Assembly (NCBI RefSeq): GCF_001194135.2
Contig: NC_068981.1
Span: 113,996,872-114,060,871 of the forward strand
Reading direction: 5' to 3'
DNA from: Octopus bimaculoides
Taxonomy: Eukaryota
Length of the DNA stretch: 64,000 nucleotides
How positions within the stretch are numbered: position 1 is the first letter of the stretch; every line of letters begins with the position of its first letter. The notes below the pieces were generated by a model. It did no database searches. It was not told where the DNA came from and saw nothing but the letters and a program-made list of their open reading frames with translations. Below, one piece after another: positions 61,084 through 64,000 of this stretch. Made by a program: the position numbers and the translations under genes.

Positions 61084-61698
61084 GGGGTTGTGTTAACCGC
61101 ACGTGGAGAAATGATAGGAAAGGAAAAAATAATAATAAGGCAGAATGCTAAACTGAAAGCATATTTTAATATAAATGGATGCAAGGATTTCAAAGGGATT
61201 TCAAACCGGCTTTCATTGCATGGTAAATTCTCAAGATAAGGAGAGAAAAAAAGAGTTTTTTTCAAAAATTAATAATAAATATATAAAAAAAATAAATATA
61301 CCAATACATCATAATGTCTTAAAGCTTTTGAAGTTCACTAATTTTCCTTGGAAAAACTTGTTGGAAGGGTTAGGGTGCATGTGTTTCTGTGTAGTGTTTT
61401 TTTTATTTTCAAAAAGGCTGGATGTTTATGTGTCAAACAGGAAATGGGGTGGTAGTAATTAAGTTCCTCTTCTTAACTCTCCTGTGTGACACTTCTGTCC
61501 GGCATTTGCCATGATAGATCGCTAACCACGATACACATTTTTTTTCTCTCCTTGTTCTTTCTGTGTTCCTTTCTGTGGAAGACCGTGGGCTCGAAACATT
61601 AGAGACTTTTTCGGTTCCCGAGCGTGATGCTGATGCATCTGTTTGTTTTCTGCACCACCTGTCTTTGTCTGTTGTTTTTTTGTGAATTCTCCCTATAT

Positions 61699-61737
<39 letters not shown>

Positions 61738-62579
61738 CATACATACATGCATACATACATACATACATATATATATATATAAGGTAAATGCTATTTGCCA
61801 ACATAATGTGGCTGTCCTGAGGGGGACGATGTTACTGTTGTTTTAGCCCCAAGAAACATCGTTTCTGGCTGTGTCCTTACATTTTCGAACAGGGAGCTCA
61901 GCACTCCCATCTAGCGCAAACCAACATCTGTGGACTAGTTTCTGGGTTATTGCCTTTTATCATCACAAAATAGCTACTTGGCCAGATCGTGTCAATAGGC
62001 TACAGAGGATCTCTCATGTCTTGCGCATATGTATCATTGAACATAAAATTTTAGGCTGTGATATACGCCAGCGAGTCAAAGCTATCCGACGCCCTTTTCA
62101 AATAAAGGATTTCCGCAGGAATCATGGAACCTGCGGCTGCGAACAGGAGAGAAAGCGACTACTGGTGCAATAACCTCATGCATGGGCATTGCTGATATTT
62201 TCTATGGGTAATGGTCAATGATGGTCTTCCTCGCTCACGAGAAGACATCTATCATCATCATATGTATGTAAATATATGTGATGCAATGTGCGTGTCTGTG
62301 TTTGTTTGTGTGTGTATCTGTGTGGGCCTGCGTGTATGCGCGCGCAAGCGCGTGGGTGTACCATTGTGTGTTCGCGTTAGCGTGTGTATGCACGTTTGAA
62401 TGTAACCATGAATGCGTATCCGATTGTGCTAGCCTTATACCACTTGAGAACCGGAGGTAACTTTACATTCCTGTAACTTAGTGATTCGGCAAAAAGTGAG
62501 TGTTGAGTGTTAGAATGTGTACTGGAATCAATCCGATTATTTCGAACCTTCACGATTTTGCCCTACTATGCCCCAACTA

Positions 62580-63900
62580 AATCACCGTAAAGGCATGTAT
62601 TTGTATCTTATGTATGTATGTATGTATGTATGTATGTATGTATGTATTATTCAAAATGGGAGGTAGTAATCCGGTTATTGGTCCATGATAGACTACTTTG
62701 ATTATCAATGTTACTATCATCTCGGAGTTTTTTACTAACATATCCATGTATGTTTTTCTGCTCATTTGGGGTATGTATTTAAGGTTATCAGACAAGGAAT
62801 GCTGCTCAAGGAGCTGCCTTCCAAGGAGTTGCCTTCCAAGCTGCCTTCACCCTTATGCATGCAAACTTGGTTAAGAGATGGACTTCGACACTTAGTGGTA
62901 AAAGGTTAGCTGAAGGGATATGATACGACATTCAAAGGCATTTTGGATTGATGTTAAGCCTCTGCCGCCTTGATTTTGTTTTAGGTAGAAGTGGTCTACG
63001 TCATTGTTTATGTGGACATTGTGCGTGTTTGTTAGTATTTTCCGGATTTTCACATCAATGACACGGATCTCATCGGGTGTATAATCAGGCAGCCCAAATG
63101 TTGGCATGAGTACTGGCACAGCAAACACATTGTGGGCCACTGTTCATTGAATGCAGAGAGTTCTGAAGTGCAAATTTTCTTTATTCGGTTTTAATATTCT
63201 TTAGAAACAAGTGTTTTGTTAGAGGTGCCATTGTAAGATATGTTTTCGTCTACCTCTAGATACCTGTAACATTCCTCATCAGATATTGGGGAAACAGTCA
63301 AGTCATTGATAGAGATGTTGTTAGTCTGGTTTGCTGTTTTGCCTCTTATCACAACCATATAACAACATTTATCCTAACAAAACTCCATCCCTACATCCTT
63401 TAAAAATGTTGTAGCTCGGTCAAGGCTCCTCTTCATCCCGTGTATATTCTTTGCATAAAGTTTCAAGTCATCCACAAAGAAACATTGTGTGGTTTTGTTA
63501 TTCCTGTTTCCTTGTGAACCAGTGAGATATCCTTCAGACTTCCTTAACATGAATGACATGGGGTTTACAGAAAGTATAAACAACATCACAGAGAGGCTGT
63601 CGCGATATTGTATTCTATCAGTGTTAATACAGTCATTCTTTGTGTTTAATTTCAAGATGGTGGTCTACGATGAAGTTAGATCAGCTGTGGCTTTGACTAT
63701 GCTCACTGGAACTTTAGCAAGTTGAAGGGCTTCTAGCATCCATGAGTAGGGAACAGAGTCAAAACCTTTCTTGTAGTCTAGCTACATTGAAACTGGTTTC
63801 CTCCTATACTCCCGCACATCATAGTTTTGTTGATTAATAATTTCTCGGCACATCCACAGACTCCCTCCTTCCCAGCTCTTGTTCTGCTGTGATGATACTA
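62580..63900 (-). mobile_element. R4/Dong-type LINE fragment D (RT core)
   Basis: LDYKKGFDSVPYSWMLEAL, DSLSVMLFILSVNP, FFVDDLKLY, VGMEF, FAVPVL, DVDHFYLKQNQGGRGLTSI. Confidence 0.85.
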
Positions 63901-64000
63901 TTGGTTTCTGTTATGGGGATAAAAACAATAATAATAATGGTATATTGTACACCCCTCCCACGTGACAAGTGGTATGTGAAATTCGTTACAAATACTGCGA

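Overview
AT-rich animal intronic/intergenic DNA from a gapped short-read assembly (many N-runs, most flanked by (TA)n or (AAT)n). The SINE families match those I recall from Octopus; that assignment is from memory, not a search. No complete protein-coding gene is recognisable. The window is dominated by decayed mobile elements: several tRNA-derived SINE families; at least seven fragments of restriction-like-endonuclease (R4/Dong-type) LINEs; Penelope-like elements (RT/GIY-YIG) with minimal hammerhead ribozyme motifs; RTE, Tx1/L1 and L2/CR1-group remnants; a DD37D (maT-type) and a DD34D (mariner) transposon remnant; and many microsatellites. A few isolated candidate exons with canonical splice sites could not be assigned to a gene. 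The most interesting signal is a composite non-autonomous element present twice, each copy split by later insertions: tRNA-derived Pol III head + (AAT)n linker + Penelope-type minimal hammerhead ribozyme tail. One copy has an inverted partial tail at its 5' end, as Penelope insertions do, and the (AAT)n linker of the other has been hit twice by Dong-like LINEs.
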